Source of the DNA: Podarcis cretensis
Lineage: Eukaryota
Reading direction: 5' to 3'
Length of the DNA stretch: 64,000 nt
NCBI GenBank assembly: GCA_951804945.1
Contig: OX638154.1
Location: 52,514,001 to 52,578,000 of the forward strand
The first letter of the stretch is position 1, and every line of letters begins with the position of its first letter. The translations under genes were made by a program, and so were the position numbers. A model generated the notes under the pieces. It searched no databases. It was not told the origin of the DNA and saw nothing but the letters and a program-made list of their open reading frames with translations. Positions 12,570 to 25,134 of the stretch are shown here, piece after piece.

Positions 12570-13440
12570 CAAATGAGCTTCACTGTGAAAAATTATGCGA
12601 GACACAAAGGAGCAAAAAATCCTTACTTCAAATATATAATGAAGAGGTTCAAGCTGGAAGTAACTGACCAGAAAGGGATTTTGGGGTTAGGATGGACAGT
12701 TCCATTAAAATGTCAACCCAGTGTGCAGCAGCTGTGAAAATCAAATTTATTAGGGATCATTAGGAATGGGTTAAAAATAAAAACTGTATACAAATCTATA
12801 GTGTAACCAAGCTTGGAATATTAGTTGCCATGCTTAAAAATGATATTGTAAAGCTGGAAAAGGTACAGAAAGGGGGGGGGGACCAAAGTGATCAGGGAAT
12901 TGGAACAACTTGCAAAGAAGAAAGGTTACAAAGCTTGGGGCTAACTAGTTTAGGGGGAAAGGTGACTAAGGGAGGGTATGTTATAAATGTATTAAGGCTT
13001 TGCATAATGTGGGGAAAGTGCTCAGAGATGTGTTTTTCTCTTTGTCCATAATACTAGAATCTAGAATAAAGAAATTAATGGAATCAGTTCAATAATCTGG
13101 AATGATGTGAGATTCAGGACAATCAAAACACCATACTTTTTCAGACAGCCCATAGTTAAAACTACGGAATTTGCTTCAACAACATATGGTGAACATAAAA
13201 GGGGAATTAGATAAATTCATGGAGGATAAGGCCATCAATTGCTATTAATCATGATGGCTATGTAACACTTCCAGGATCAGAGGCAGTAGGCCCCTGAGTA
13301 CCAGATGAAGGAAGATGATGGCCTCACAGAGTAGTTGTGTCCTACTTTTCAACTTCCACTGGGGCACCTGGAGGAGAAACAGGATGCTGAATTCAAAGGG
13401 TCTTTTGTCTGATTTAGTAGGGCTCTTTTTTACCATCTTA
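12570..13440 (+). mobile_element. Old degenerate CR1 LINE 3' portion
   Basis: Remnant peptide LKNDIVKLEKVQK...EERLQSLGL and 3' UTR ttagataaattcatggaggataaggccatcaat...; many indels. Confidence 0.85.
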
Positions 13441-16048
13441 GATTCACCAGCATAAAGTTATAATTATATGCTTCTCTGGAAAAAAAATGCAAAAAATAAA
13501 ATAAAATATAAAATAAAATAAAAATAGTGACAATTGTTTTTTAAAGGAACCCCAGAAAAATCTGGGGTTAATTACACCTTTTTGCATTTAATCTTTAATA
13601 TCTACATGAGTGGGCTTTCAAATCTTGATAGTCTTTCTTCACTAACACTTCATCCCTGAATTATGAATTCATCACTGACAGGCAGGCTTTGTGGGGCTGG
13701 CATAGAGGAGAGAGGAGGAGGAGGAAATAACAGGGCTTGCTTGGTTTCACATATTGATCTGAAAGGCTGAAACTGAAAAACTAATTCCTCCTGGATTCCT
13801 ATCCACCCAGAGCAGAAGTTGTTTCATTGAGTTGAAGGCTTGGATTCTTATTGTATTACAAAAGATTAGAGACCGACAGAGTATCATGAACGTTCCTTGC
13901 TTCAGTATGTTAGGTTTAGATACCATCTGTTATTTTTTGGGATTTAGACTAGGCAACCCTAATTCCTAAATTCTGATTCTTTCCAGCAGAGGGCATGGGG
14001 CAAACACACTATTTTAGCGGGTAGTGATCTTTAAAAGCCTGTCCAAAAAACAGGGCTTAATATGAGCTAATGTTCTCTAAAGGTGGGTCCCAGAATTTGT
14101 TTTCCATCTGGAGCTCAGCCCTGGACATGTGCATTTGCATCCTGCTAAAAAAGAAGTAGCAGCTCCTGGCTTCTGCTTGCACTTATATTTCCAACAGTCC
14201 AACACAAATCATGTTTACTTGAAACACCCATCTCATGGATTTAAGTGGAATTGGCTTTGAATTAAATATGCTTAGAATTACTAGTCTTAAAGAGATGCAG
14301 AACAGAAAATCCCTATATTACATATCACTTTCCAAGCAGGTATTTTTATACCGTTAGATAACTTCCTTAGCTAGAAAATAAGTTAATCTACTTCAGTGTC
14401 TACAGTAAAACAGACTAATCAGTGTGAAGTTAATGCCAGATACTGGATCCATATCACAACTAGACTGCTTTCATGTGTAGGTGTGCCAAGACCCAGTTGA
14501 CATAATCACCTTGATGTAGCAGTGCAGCCACTACAAATTACCATCTCCAGCTTATTGGCCAATCTTGTGACTTCTTCAGCATGTGTTGACATGGTGACTC
14601 TGTGCACATCTTAAAGCATTTTATGTAATATACAGTTTGTGGTCTTTTCATGTGTCAGAGCATTCCCTACTTTAGGGAGAAAATTACAGCTCCTGGGGCC
14701 TTCACCACCTTATCAAAATGGTTGTGGGAATAAGCCTGTACCTGAATGCTTTCCAGTTCCTTATTTCTCTCCAGAAACAAACAGCGGAGCCAGGGGTTCA
14801 GGAGAAAGCTCTGCTTTGTTTACAGCTTCAGTCTGAAGTAGTTGCTTGGCTGTAGTAGTTGCTTTGCCTATAAAGGGAAGAAGAACTAGTCATAGTCTGC
14901 TGGTCAGTCCGGGGGGCTATATCAGGGAAATGGGAGTGATTTGGATTCAAAGTCTCCTCTGCTCCACCCCAGCATCAGAGCCAAACCCATGCTTTTTTTC
15001 ATTTGGGTCAAAGCCTGGCAGGCCTCAGCTGTCCCCTTTTCAGCCCCTGCCATCCTCAAACCATGCCACCACGATGAGGTTTCCAACCATTGACCTCCTC
15101 TTGTTTGTAATTACCTTTCGGTTTAAATGTTTAAAATGAAAACATAAAACAAGAATAGCAAAGTTAACAAGATACAATATCAAAGTGCACACAGCAGTGC
15201 CTCAAGATGTCACATTTCAAGTCAATAGGTAAATTACAATAAAATATAGTTATAAGCCAGAGTGGACTGAAATTACAGAGAGTTATCTTTAAGCAGAGTC
15301 TAACCTTTGAATATAACTTATTCACAATGTTATCTGCCCTGATGGATATGATATAAAGAGCTTCTATATTACATCAGATTTATCTCTCTTAGCAATGCTG
15401 CTAATTACTCAGTTTTGATATACCAGTCATTCTGATAATGCCATATCCCCAAATTCTGTCTAGCTGACCTTTCATGGTGAACCCTGTTGTCTTCCAATAT
15501 TAACCTCCTTATCTGACTGTGGAAAGGGGGTTCCATGGTATCCTAAGACCCCTCAGCTGCCCTCACATACAGCAGAGAATTGCTCCCTTCATCTGTAATG
15601 GTACTATTTTACTGTAAGATGCATACCTAATTAAAAAGGAAAAACTCCTGCCTGTAAAAGCAACAACTTTGAACAACTTTGATTCTGGCAAAAAACTTAG
15701 CTCTGCTCTGCAAGTGAAACCAAAGCTCCAGCAAGTTCCAAGAGAGGTCTTCAATAATCAAACTAAATCCACAAATTTAATTGTATGCCTGAAAATAACA
15801 CACCTGTGTTTAAACACATGGAACATACACTCTATATACAAAACCTTTTGATCCTTCCAGCCATAGGTGCTGGCTCCCTGGGGCCCTGGGTGCCCGAGCA
15901 CCTACAAAATTCTCCATGAAAGGGCTGGGCACCCACAAATTTCGGCTCCAGGACCATGCACGCTTCATGGCACCCACAGATCTGAGCACCCATGGTCATG
16001 CGGCCAAGCTGGCACTCCTGCTTCTAGCTGATCACCTGTTGTTTCTTA

Positions 16049-16419
16049 CCGTATTGACCCGAATATAAGCTGCACCCAAATATAAGTTGCACCTTTAAAA
16101 TTGGGGGGGGGGGGGAGAAAAAATACCTGAATTTAAGCCGCTCCATTCCTCTCTGCTCTTGGCTGCATACTGGACAGGGGAGGGGGAAGCCACACTGTGT
16201 TGCCTTCGGCTTTTCCCCTTCCTCGCTCTCTCCCTTCTTGGCCTTGGGGGAGAGGACAGGGAACCAAGTATGGGGCTGGCGCCTCTTTGCCACGCTCCTG
16301 CTGCTGTTTGCTCCGTGCTCCTGGCTGCATACCGTAAGGTTGCGAATATAAGCCGCACTTTCACTTTTCATGATCGGAATTTCGGGGGGAAAGTGAGGCT
16401 TATATTCAGGCCAATATGG
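16049..16419. mobile_element. Tc1/mariner (pogo-like) MITE
   Basis: TA TSDs at 16047-16048 and 16420-16421; 22-bp TIRs ccgtattgacccgaatataagc / gcttatattcaggccaatatgg; internal copies of the aatataag motif. Confidence 0.9.
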
Positions 16420-16647
16420 TATTTAATGTTTTGGTTATTTGGAATAGCATATCAGAAAAGCCAAATTAGGTCAGACCAATGGTCCATCTAGCTGGCAGTC
16501 CTTTCCTTAGCAGGAACCTTCCTAAAGAATCCTAAACAGTGCCCATATCCAGGTGCTTTAGGAAGGTCTAGCTCCTAAACGTAAGGATGCACTAAAAGCA
16601 ACATGATAGATGCCTTTAGAACATGATATAGCAATAAATTTGTTGGG

Positions 16648-16648
<1 letters not shown>

Positions 16649-16685
<37 letters not shown>
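16649..16685. repeat. (TG)n microsatellite
   Basis: Direct observation. Confidence 0.98.
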
Positions 16686-16687
<2 letters not shown>

Positions 16688-17447
16688 CTAGTGGTTCAAA
16701 AGAATGTGTCTGCTAAGCCCATACCATTGCAGTGAGTTATAAAAAGGGAAGGAATGACTAGAGTCATTACATTTCTGAGTACCAAGGCTTCTTCCTTAGG
16801 AATAAGAGAATCCAGGACTGTAATATTTAATTCTTTCCTATGATTTGTCATCACAGTAGTAGGGTATTAAAGTACCTGATCTCAAGAATACTTAAACACA
16901 TGTTCAACTTTTCTCAAAAGGGATTATTAATTTGGATAAAGTTTCACATGTATTTTGAATAGTTGAAGGATTTGAAGCTCTTGTAGTCTCCTTTGGATTT
17001 GGAAAACATGTTCATAAGAAAGACTGCACTTATAATTGTCCCTGACTAATGTGAAGTTGATATATCCAGTTCCCTCCCTCCTCCACTCTTTCTAACAGAC
17101 ACACAAAATCTGCACTTCTGTGCATACACACTTCAAAAATCATTGAATGTAATTTTAAGTGGAATTCCGCCCCCCCAATAAATATCCTTCCTAAGTTGGA
17201 AGTACTACTGACAGCATACTTATGAATTTGGAAATACACAAGACAACTACCAAAAACATATAGGAACCAATATTTATTTTAAAATATTTATATGCTGCTG
17301 TTCTGGGCAAATGTTGCTTTTGTAATATTTTTAAATAAGGTTCTGAAGCTGAAAGCTATATATTACGTTTTGCTGACATGGAATAGTTTGCTGCATCAAT
17401 AGTGCTGTATCAGGTTCTTCCAGATAATTTACTGGACCCAATGTTGA

Positions 17448-17448
<1 letters not shown>

Positions 17449-17481
<33 letters not shown>
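17449..17481. repeat. (ATT)n microsatellite
   Basis: 11 ATT units. Confidence 0.98.
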
Positions 17482-18167
17482 GCAGAAACCAACATGTATT
17501 CTTATTAATTTACATTTTGAAGGTTCCTGCTGAAAATACTAAATGCATCTGACTTCCTATCCTTTAGCATGCACCTATCATACTTAGCCTCGTTGGTGAC
17601 ATTTTTCAGTGGTATGCTTCCCTGAGTAATGTTGCTGGGACTGCCATAATATGGCCATTTGGAATAGTGCAGCTGCTCCTGCTGTTAACAAGGAAGATGT
17701 AAAGTGCCTAGAGAGTTCGCCCCTCAGCCACAGCATCTCACTGATTTCAGAGGCTTGGAATGTTGCATCATTTTTATTTTGGAATATTGTATGTGTAAAA
17801 GGGGAAAGCTTATTGCTTGGCTCATTTTATTCCCATCATCCCAAAGTTTAATCGCATTCAGGGTGGCAGTGGGAAGGGTGATGATAGGCTAAGAGGTCTG
17901 ACTCTGAGGTGACTTAAAGTGTGTGGTTCATAGCAGCCCAGGAGATGTGCAAAAACAGTGGAAAATGTGCTGACCTCAGCTCAATTGCAACAGCACACTA
18001 AAAATTCTGCTTGGTTTCAGGCTTGTGGAACGCACAGTCACTATTGTGGATTTCAGCAGTTTCCAGAAAGAATGTGCTAGTCCAAAGACAACGTATTGGG
18101 ATGACTTTAATGGTGAGTGTCGTTTATTGGAGGGATCCTATGCAGCATGCTTAGAATTGGAGTCTTT

Positions 18168-19976
18168 TTTTTTTATAAAATTTTTATTAGGTTTTCACAT
18201 TTTATAAAACAAAAACAAAAACAAAAACAAAACATATATATTTTTAAACTCTTATTTTCATTACCCCCTTTCCCTGACTTCCCCCCACCCCCTCTTCATA
18301 CATCCCAATTCCAAAAATTAGTTCAGCAAGTTCTTATCTCCCATCTTTAACATATTATTGTTTTTTTTAAACTTAATCCTTTTTACTTATCCAAATTTAA
18401 TTTATCCAATTCTCTTTTAAACATTAAATCTTTTTTTTTCTAAGGTCGACCTAATTACCCTTCCACGAATTTCTCCCTTTGTATTTTTGTTAATTATATG
18501 TCATAATGGCCAGATACAAAAATCATAAAATTTTGAAATTCTGTTCTCCCCTCCCTCCCTACCCCAGTTTCCATCCCTTCCCAAGCAATTATCCTAGCCC
18601 GGATTCCTCACATCAGAGGCCTTCAAGTCTCTCTCTGCCGATTTTGTTGGTAGCCCTTTTTGTTGGTCCTCAGGTCTCGAAGGAATTCTATCTCAGTCAC
18701 ATCATATTTTCTTCCATCCAAGATACTTAATAGCAGTTGCTGCAAAAAGTCAGTTGATCTCCCATACTCAAGGAGGAAGTCCCAATCATATTTCTTTACT
18801 CTTTTGAATTCCAATATTCCAAGTGCTCCCGGGACTTCCTCCTTCATCTTTCTCATCTTTCGCAGATTTGTAATCCAAAGCTCTTCTTCTTTATTTCCTG
18901 ACAATATGGGCTTCTGATTGATATTTTCCTGCACTTTTTCCATTCCTCCTTTTCTCTCCACCGGTTCCAAAAAAGTTTTTTCTGGTTCAGCTGCAGATTC
19001 CTTATCAGGCAAATCCTTTATGCATTCAGCAGAGTCGTTTGTTTTGGAATTCAAGGTCCTATGTTCTTTGTTCATAGCCGTACTCTGCTCTTGCAGGATT
19101 CCCACGAGAAAAAACATTCTTTCTATCTCTACCAGTAATTTTCCCTCTGCAGCCATTGTAATGTCTCTAGTTCCCCCTAGGGGGATTACAGTTGCTTGAT
19201 AGTCCTTTTCCAACAGCCCGTTACTTTGTTGTTTATGACTACGTTGTTTCCAGCCACCTCAGTTCAAAAGCAACACTTTTAGTTCAGAAAGTTATTAAAT
19301 AACAAAGTTCTTAAATTTTAGCCGCCCGTTTGACAGCTCCTTTGACAGCTGTCAAACTCCTTGTTCTTTTTCCTCCGGCTCACACACAGGACGCTCCCGG
19401 GTTCGGGAGGGGGGGGTTTACACAAAAGCTTCCAAAACTCCTCACTTTCTCTCCAGCACAAAGACTTCTTCTGTCAAACTCATGGAAATATTTTTTATCT
19501 AACACCAAAAACAGTACTCTCTACCTTAGTCCACCGATCCTTGCTTTAGATCGTTTGTAGATAGGGGGGTGCGGACTTCCCTTTAGCACATCCCCCGGTT
19601 GTACCGAATTCAAAGATATAGATTTTAAAGTCCAAATTCCATTCTACTCACGGGTTATTTGTTTCCAGTCCGAATTTTGGGAAAAAAGTCAGCGCTGTCC
19701 GGCCATGGCACGCGGCTTCGCTCCACTGAAGTAGCGGTCTACTCTCAGCACCACGCCGCTCCCCGTACCCTCTCCGTAGCCTTTAAAAAGGCTCTTCGTG
19801 GGTCAGGGAGGGCGCTTAAAGGTGCCCACCGAGTCACCAAGTCTGCAGGCTTCCGCGCCTGCGGTTTCTGAGGGTCCCCGCGTCGCCGGCGCGGTAGGAC
19901 CCGTCTTCAGCAGAGCCGATTCCCTCCGGAGCTCGGAGGGAATCCGCCATTAGCCGATCGCGCTAACCCGGAAGTC
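18168..19976 (-). mobile_element. Complete 1.8-kb non-autonomous L1-clade-like retroelement (HAL1-like or internally deleted L1)
   Basis: 16-bp TSD tagaattggagtcttt at 18152-18167 and 19977-19992. Minus-strand 5' end GACTTCCGG...AATGGCGG, CpG-rich 5' UTR, single ORF, G-rich 3' UTR, AATAAA (18183-18188) and poly(A). Confidence 0.9.
18623..19156 (-). CDS. 177-aa K/E-rich ORF of the retroelement (possibly ORF1p-related, function unknown)
   Basis: Open frame from ATG at 19156 (acaATGG, strong Kozak) to the stop at 18623; the track extends it 19 codons from an upstream TTG; no RT or endonuclease motifs visible. Confidence 0.5.
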   Translation of the reverse strand: MAAEGKLLVEIERMFFLVGILQEQSTAMNKEHRTLNSKTNDSAECIKDLPDKESAAEPEKTFLEPVERKGGMEKVQENINQKPILSGNKEEELWITNLRKMRKMKEEVPGALGILEFKRVKKYDWDFLLEYGRSTDFLQQLLLSILDGRKYDVTEIEFLRDLRTNKKGYQQNRQRET

Positions 19977-21196
19977 TAGAATTGGAGTCTTTGCAAGGAG
20001 TGAGTAAGGTGGGTTGTCTCAATAGATCAGGTAAGTATGAAGAGGGGAGTAGGCAGGAAAGTTGGTAGTTCTAAATTAAATTAATTAGGTAAAGGGCTGC
20101 AGGACCAGGAAATGGAGCATGAGCAGATGGGCAGAATATGATGTAGTATCTGTGAGTTGCACATGTGAGGTGCTTTGATGAACAGACAAATTCAGCTAGC
20201 AGGAAGGAAAAGCAATTCAGTATAGGAACAGGAAAGGACAGAAAAGAACCAATCACAGTAGGAGCAAAGCAAAGATACAGTAAAACTACTTGGCTCTGTG
20301 AAGGCCTATAATTTGCCAAAGACATGCAGTAGCTCATGGTTCTCTGAAGTCCACCAGTGGCTGATTAACCGGAAAAAAATGAGACACAAACTTATAATTG
20401 TTGCACTTTTCTGTTCAGGGGACTAACTGCATTTGACTTTAGAATTTGTAAGTTTTGTTAAAATGCAGGCACTTTGAAAAGGTCTAATACAACTTTATTG
20501 TTGAAATAAGAATATAAATTGTAATTGTGAACATTTCACATTTTTTAAAGAAATACATTTTCACTAAGTCAAAAAAGTATTCAGATTAATAAACGATTTG
20601 AGAAAATATCTATAAGATTATGCAGGTAACTAAAAACTATAGCAACAGCAAACAGTTATCAATAGTTGAGAAGTAATTGCCTTGTTTCGCTATTTAATTA
20701 ATGGCTGATTGAATTCAAATATTAAGGGCAACAAAATTGCTGGGTAAAGCAATCTAAAATCAGAAAGTCAACAAAAATATAATTAGATAAAGCAGCACTT
20801 AAAACAATCATTTTAAAACAGATAGAAAACTACCCCTCCCCTCAAAAATCAGCAATAAGGAATTCCAGAAAAATAAAAAGAAATTTTTTTTACAGCAAGC
20901 CATTCTAATTCAAACACATAATCCAGTGACACAATGACATACCTATGTTATACAATTATATTGCAAAACCCAATGACATCCCATTTAAAAAAAGATTTAC
21001 TGGGTTAAGTCACATACATAAAATTAAAGTCATCTGTACAGTGAAAATGGAAGTTATGGGGTTTTTTCTCAGATGGATTTGCAATAAAGATAGGTGCCCA
21101 TCATGAAGTTACAGGACTTGGACACTGAGGACCTGAGTTAGGGAGGTTTGTTGGTCACCAGTTCTCCCTAGTGTTATACAGTGTTATACTGTGGAG

Positions 21197-21420
21197 GGAG
21201 CGGGTGGCACTATGGTCTAAACCACTGAGCCTCTTGGACTTGCTGATCGGAAGGTCGGTGGTTCAAATCCATGTGACAGGGTGAACTCCTGTTGCTCTGT
21301 CCCAGCTTCTGCCAACATGACAGTTCTAATGCACACTAGTGCAAGTAGAGAAATAGGTACCACTGCGGTGGGAGGTAAATGGCATTTCCATGCACTCTGG
21401 CTTCTGTCACGGTGTCCCAT
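21197..21420 (+). mobile_element. Sauria SINE (Squam1), 3'-truncated
   Basis: gggtggcactatggtctaaaccactgagcctcttggacttgctgatcggaaggtcggtggttcaaatcc (A and B boxes) followed by gtgcaagtagagaaataggtaccactgcggtgggaggtaaa. Confidence 0.9.
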
Positions 21421-21979
21421 TGCTTGATGTTTTCCTTGGGAGGGCTATGCCCTAGTAGCCCTAGTGTAAGAAACTGCAGTGATAAGATCATCGCTAGGTG
21501 GACAGACACCAAGCTGCTTCTGAATTTCTTGGATGGAGCTGACTGCTTGGTTGAAAAAAAGAAATATGTCAGTGTTCTCCCTCATCTTTGTCAATGGCTC
21601 AATCATTAGCACTGAATGATCACAACTCTGCTCTGCTTCTTTGCTCTCCATGAGGACATGTTGATTTAGTCAGACTGTGTGGCATCTGTCAGTGTCTTGC
21701 ATGGATTTTCTGTTGCTTAATGAATTTATTTTGTAAAACAAACACCTTCTTACAGTCCACACATCTATGGGTTTCTAACACATTGGGGTTGGGGTTCAGG
21801 CACAAATTATATTTTTGTTTTTACTTCCTTTTTTTGAGAATTGGCCAAATGTTTTCTCACATTTGTTACGTGTAAAAGTTTTGTTTAAAAGTAGCATTGC
21901 TGTGAGGGTTGATTTCTTACTGAGGTTTTCCCCACAAATCAGTCATTTATAAAGTCTTGCCTGTTAATAGATCTTAAGG

Positions 21980-22115
21980 CAGGCATTCCCAACCTGCGGC
22001 CCTCCAGATGTTTTGACCTACAACTCCCATGATCCCTAGCTAACAGGACTAGTGGTCAGGGATGAGGGGAATTGTAGGCCAAAACATCTGGAGGGCTGAA
22101 GGTTGGGGATGCCTA
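21980..22115. mobile_element. Palindromic hAT (Charlie-like) MITE
   Basis: Perfect 8-bp TSD tcttaagg at 21972-21979 and 22116-22123; long arms ccctccagatgtttt / aaaacatctggaggg. Confidence 0.92.
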
Positions 22116-22284
22116 TCTTAAGGTGTTTCACAAGGGTAATTTTCACTTTAAAGTTTTCTCACACCCAGTATACTTGCAGAATTTAATTCTTGCTGGCACT
22201 TTTGGATAGATAATTACAACCTTCCATATTTTGAGTTGTATTGTAGGACAATATTGCTGTCTTTCCTGATATTCAGGTTTTGCA

Positions 22285-22630
22285 GAAGCGTCTCTTCCCC
22301 CATCGTTCAGCCCAGACCCTGAGGTCCTTCTCAGAAGGTCTTCTACTGGTTCCTTCACTACGAGAAGCGAGGTTACAGGGAATCAGACAGAGGGCCTTCT
22401 CGGTTGTGGTGCCCTCTCTGTGGAACACCCTCCCTTCAGATGTCAAGAAAATAAACAACAATCTTTTAGAAGACATCTGAAGGCAGCCCTGGATTGTGAA
22501 GTTTTTAATGTTTGATGTTTTAGTATGTTCTCAAATATACTGTGAGCTGCCCAGAGTGGCTGGAGAAACCCAGCCAGATGGGCAGGGTATAATAGCAATA
22601 ATAATAATAATAATAGCAATAATAGTAATT
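22285..22630 (+). mobile_element. L2 LINE 3' end with (TAA)n tail
   Basis: Peptide ...RQRAFSVVVPSLWNTLPSDVK; tail ccagagtggctggagaaacccagccagatgggcagggtataat(aat)n; a sister copy lies at 43030-43230. Confidence 0.88.
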
Positions 22631-24373
22631 CCAACCAGGATTAAGCAGAGGATGTAATCCATCCCTGAGTTCCCACATTATGTTTCTCTTCAACCATCAC
22701 TCATGTCTACCTTCGCATCACTCATGTTACTTGCAACAGATGTAGGCAGTGTATACCAGAAGTTTAAAGCGGATCAAATGCTTCCCTGGTGTGCATGTTT
22801 GTTGCATCATCCACAATATCTTGTCCTCATCTTCAAAATGCAGCACTGGACTTTTTGGAAGCCCTTTGGAAGCAACTTTGAACCTTGCTTAAAGAGGAGA
22901 AAGTACTTTCCATTTAATGGAAACTGCTTCTCCTGCCCTGCCCTGTTCCTTAAACTTCTGATTTCAGCAGTTTAGAGGATCAACACAAAACAGCTTCCAA
23001 AAGATAATTTCTAAAAAGTGAGAACCCTGGCTTAAAATTTGCCTGGAGAAGTTCTCAAGAATCCTGAAGATTTTGTCAATGACCTGGAAGCACTGACATG
23101 GACCATAATCACCTGTGTGTGAGCAGCTTATCAAACAGCACTAAGCCTGGTTTCCTGTTGTTGGATACCCCAGCTCAGATGAACAGAAAATCCGAATCCT
23201 GTCCAGGGAGCAGCAAGGCAGAGCAGTTGACTGACTGCTGCATCCCATGTCTGCTGACTCAATAGGTGAGTGTGCATTTCTTTCTGGGTTTTTTTTTATT
23301 TTACTTCAGTTTCAGGCTGGTATAGTTGAAGAATTAGGGCTCTTTGGGGCCCCATGTGGCTGCTGGTGCCCCACATCAACCCCTGGGCAAAGCTCTCCGA
23401 ACCAACAATGCTCCTCTCTGGCAACAGAGGCCAGTGGAGCAGTAACAACACTCTGTCCTGCCTGCCTCACCTTCTACATTGTAAGGGCATCTGATCCAGC
23501 ATGCTGTTCTCACAGTGACCAACCAGATGCCTGTGGGAAAATCTTGAGCAGAGATTGGGCTCTGCTACAATTAATACATTTTACAACAAATTCTGAACAC
23601 AGGCAGTGAATGAAGGGTGCAGTTTGCCTCATGATGCAAGTTACAGGTCAGAGAAATCCTGTTGATGATGGAGGTAAGGAGCCCATGGTCCAGACATTAT
23701 GGGACTCTGGTTCCCACCCCCAACCAACATGACCAATGGCCAGGGATGAATGGAGGTGCAACCCAGTAGGTTCACTATCCCTGGTACAGAAAATAGATAT
23801 GGGGTTGAAAGGATTCCTTTGTTCCTTAGCACAATACTTCATGTGAACATGACAGTAAAACACAGTGTTAAAGTCTTGCACCTGCCACTGATTTCTACAT
23901 GCAACAAAGGACATCACCAACCTAGCCAGCTTCTAAATCTGTTTTCCAATACGTCTTACTTTCCAGTGATGGTAAGGAACGCCATGGAATGTCGCCGAGG
24001 CAATTAGATCAGTGCCTGACAAAGTTTGTTGTTCTAAGTAAGGCTGATGGTAGCTAGGTGGTGGTTCTGTGCACAAGGAAATGGTGATGAATTTGGATAT
24101 GCTGTGAATCAGAAGTCCGGAAGAAGGAGAGCTGGTAATGATGCAGTGAAACACAATAACAATTTTTAAGGGTCTGGAATTACTTTCATATGGGGAGAGA
24201 CTAAAATGTATAGGGGGAAAGGGAATATGACACACAACAGTACTAGAACCAGAAGCGCCAGTTAAAATCAATACACATAAAGTAAGTAACAAAACCAGTC
24301 TATGTAAAGAAGCCTCATATGTAGCTCTGTTGGTCTCTAGAACTAACTGGTTAAAAAAAAAACCCCACTAGAG

Positions 24374-25134
24374 CAGAGGTTTTCAACCTTTTTGATTCCA
24401 TGGCTTCCTTAGCCAACTACATTCTTTCTGCAGCATCCCTGTGGGACTCTGGAGCTCACTTATATAACCCCTTGCCTGCAGAGCTGGCAGCCCCTCACCC
24501 CTTTTTGAACACTCCCTTATGGTGTAAGGGATATGATAGCCATGTTCAAATATATAAAAGGATGTCACATAGAGGAGGGAGAAAGGTTGTTTTCTGCTGC
24601 TCCAGAGAAGCGGACACGGAGCAATGGATCCAAACTACAAGAAAGAAGATTCCACCTAAACATTAGGAAGAACTTCCTGACAGTAAGAGCTGTTCGACAG
24701 TGGAATTTGCTGTCAAGGAGTGTGGTGGAGTCTCCTTCTTTGGAGGTCTTTAAGCAGAGGCTTGACAACCATATGTCAGGAGTGCTCTGATGGTGTTTCC
24801 TGCTTGGCAGGGGGTTGGACTTGATGACCCTTGTGGTCTCTTCCAACTCTATGATTCTATGATTCTATGGTGCTCCATCAGTCTCCTCTACTCTCAGCCC
24901 AGGTCGCTGAGCTGCCCAGCCCAAAGAGAGGTGCCTCCCAGAGGCACCATTTGCCTGTGGAGCTTGTAGCCAGGGCTGCTTCAATAAACAGCTGTGCAAG
25001 CCTTTGGGAGGCAGAGACGTGAGAGGGCATCAGTAGGGAAAGAAAGAGGGACAAAGGCCAGCGTTGCTCACAGCACCCCTGACCATCATTCAAGGCACTC
25101 CAGTGTGCCACGGCACACTGGTTGAAAACCACTG
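24374..25134. mobile_element. hAT-Charlie-like non-autonomous transposon carrying a nested CR1
   Basis: Perfect 8-bp TSD cactagag at 24366-24373 and 25135-25142; TIRs cagaggttttcaacc / ggttgaaaaccactg (14/15 match). Confidence 0.92.
24525..24865 (+). mobile_element. Young CR1 LINE 3' end (5'-truncated)
   Basis: Intact ORF2 C-terminus MIAMFKYIKG...RFHLNIRKNFLTVRAVRQWNLL...SLEVFKQRLD; (ATTCTATG)n tail; 7-bp TSD tatggtg at 24518-24524 and 24866-24872. Confidence 0.96.
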
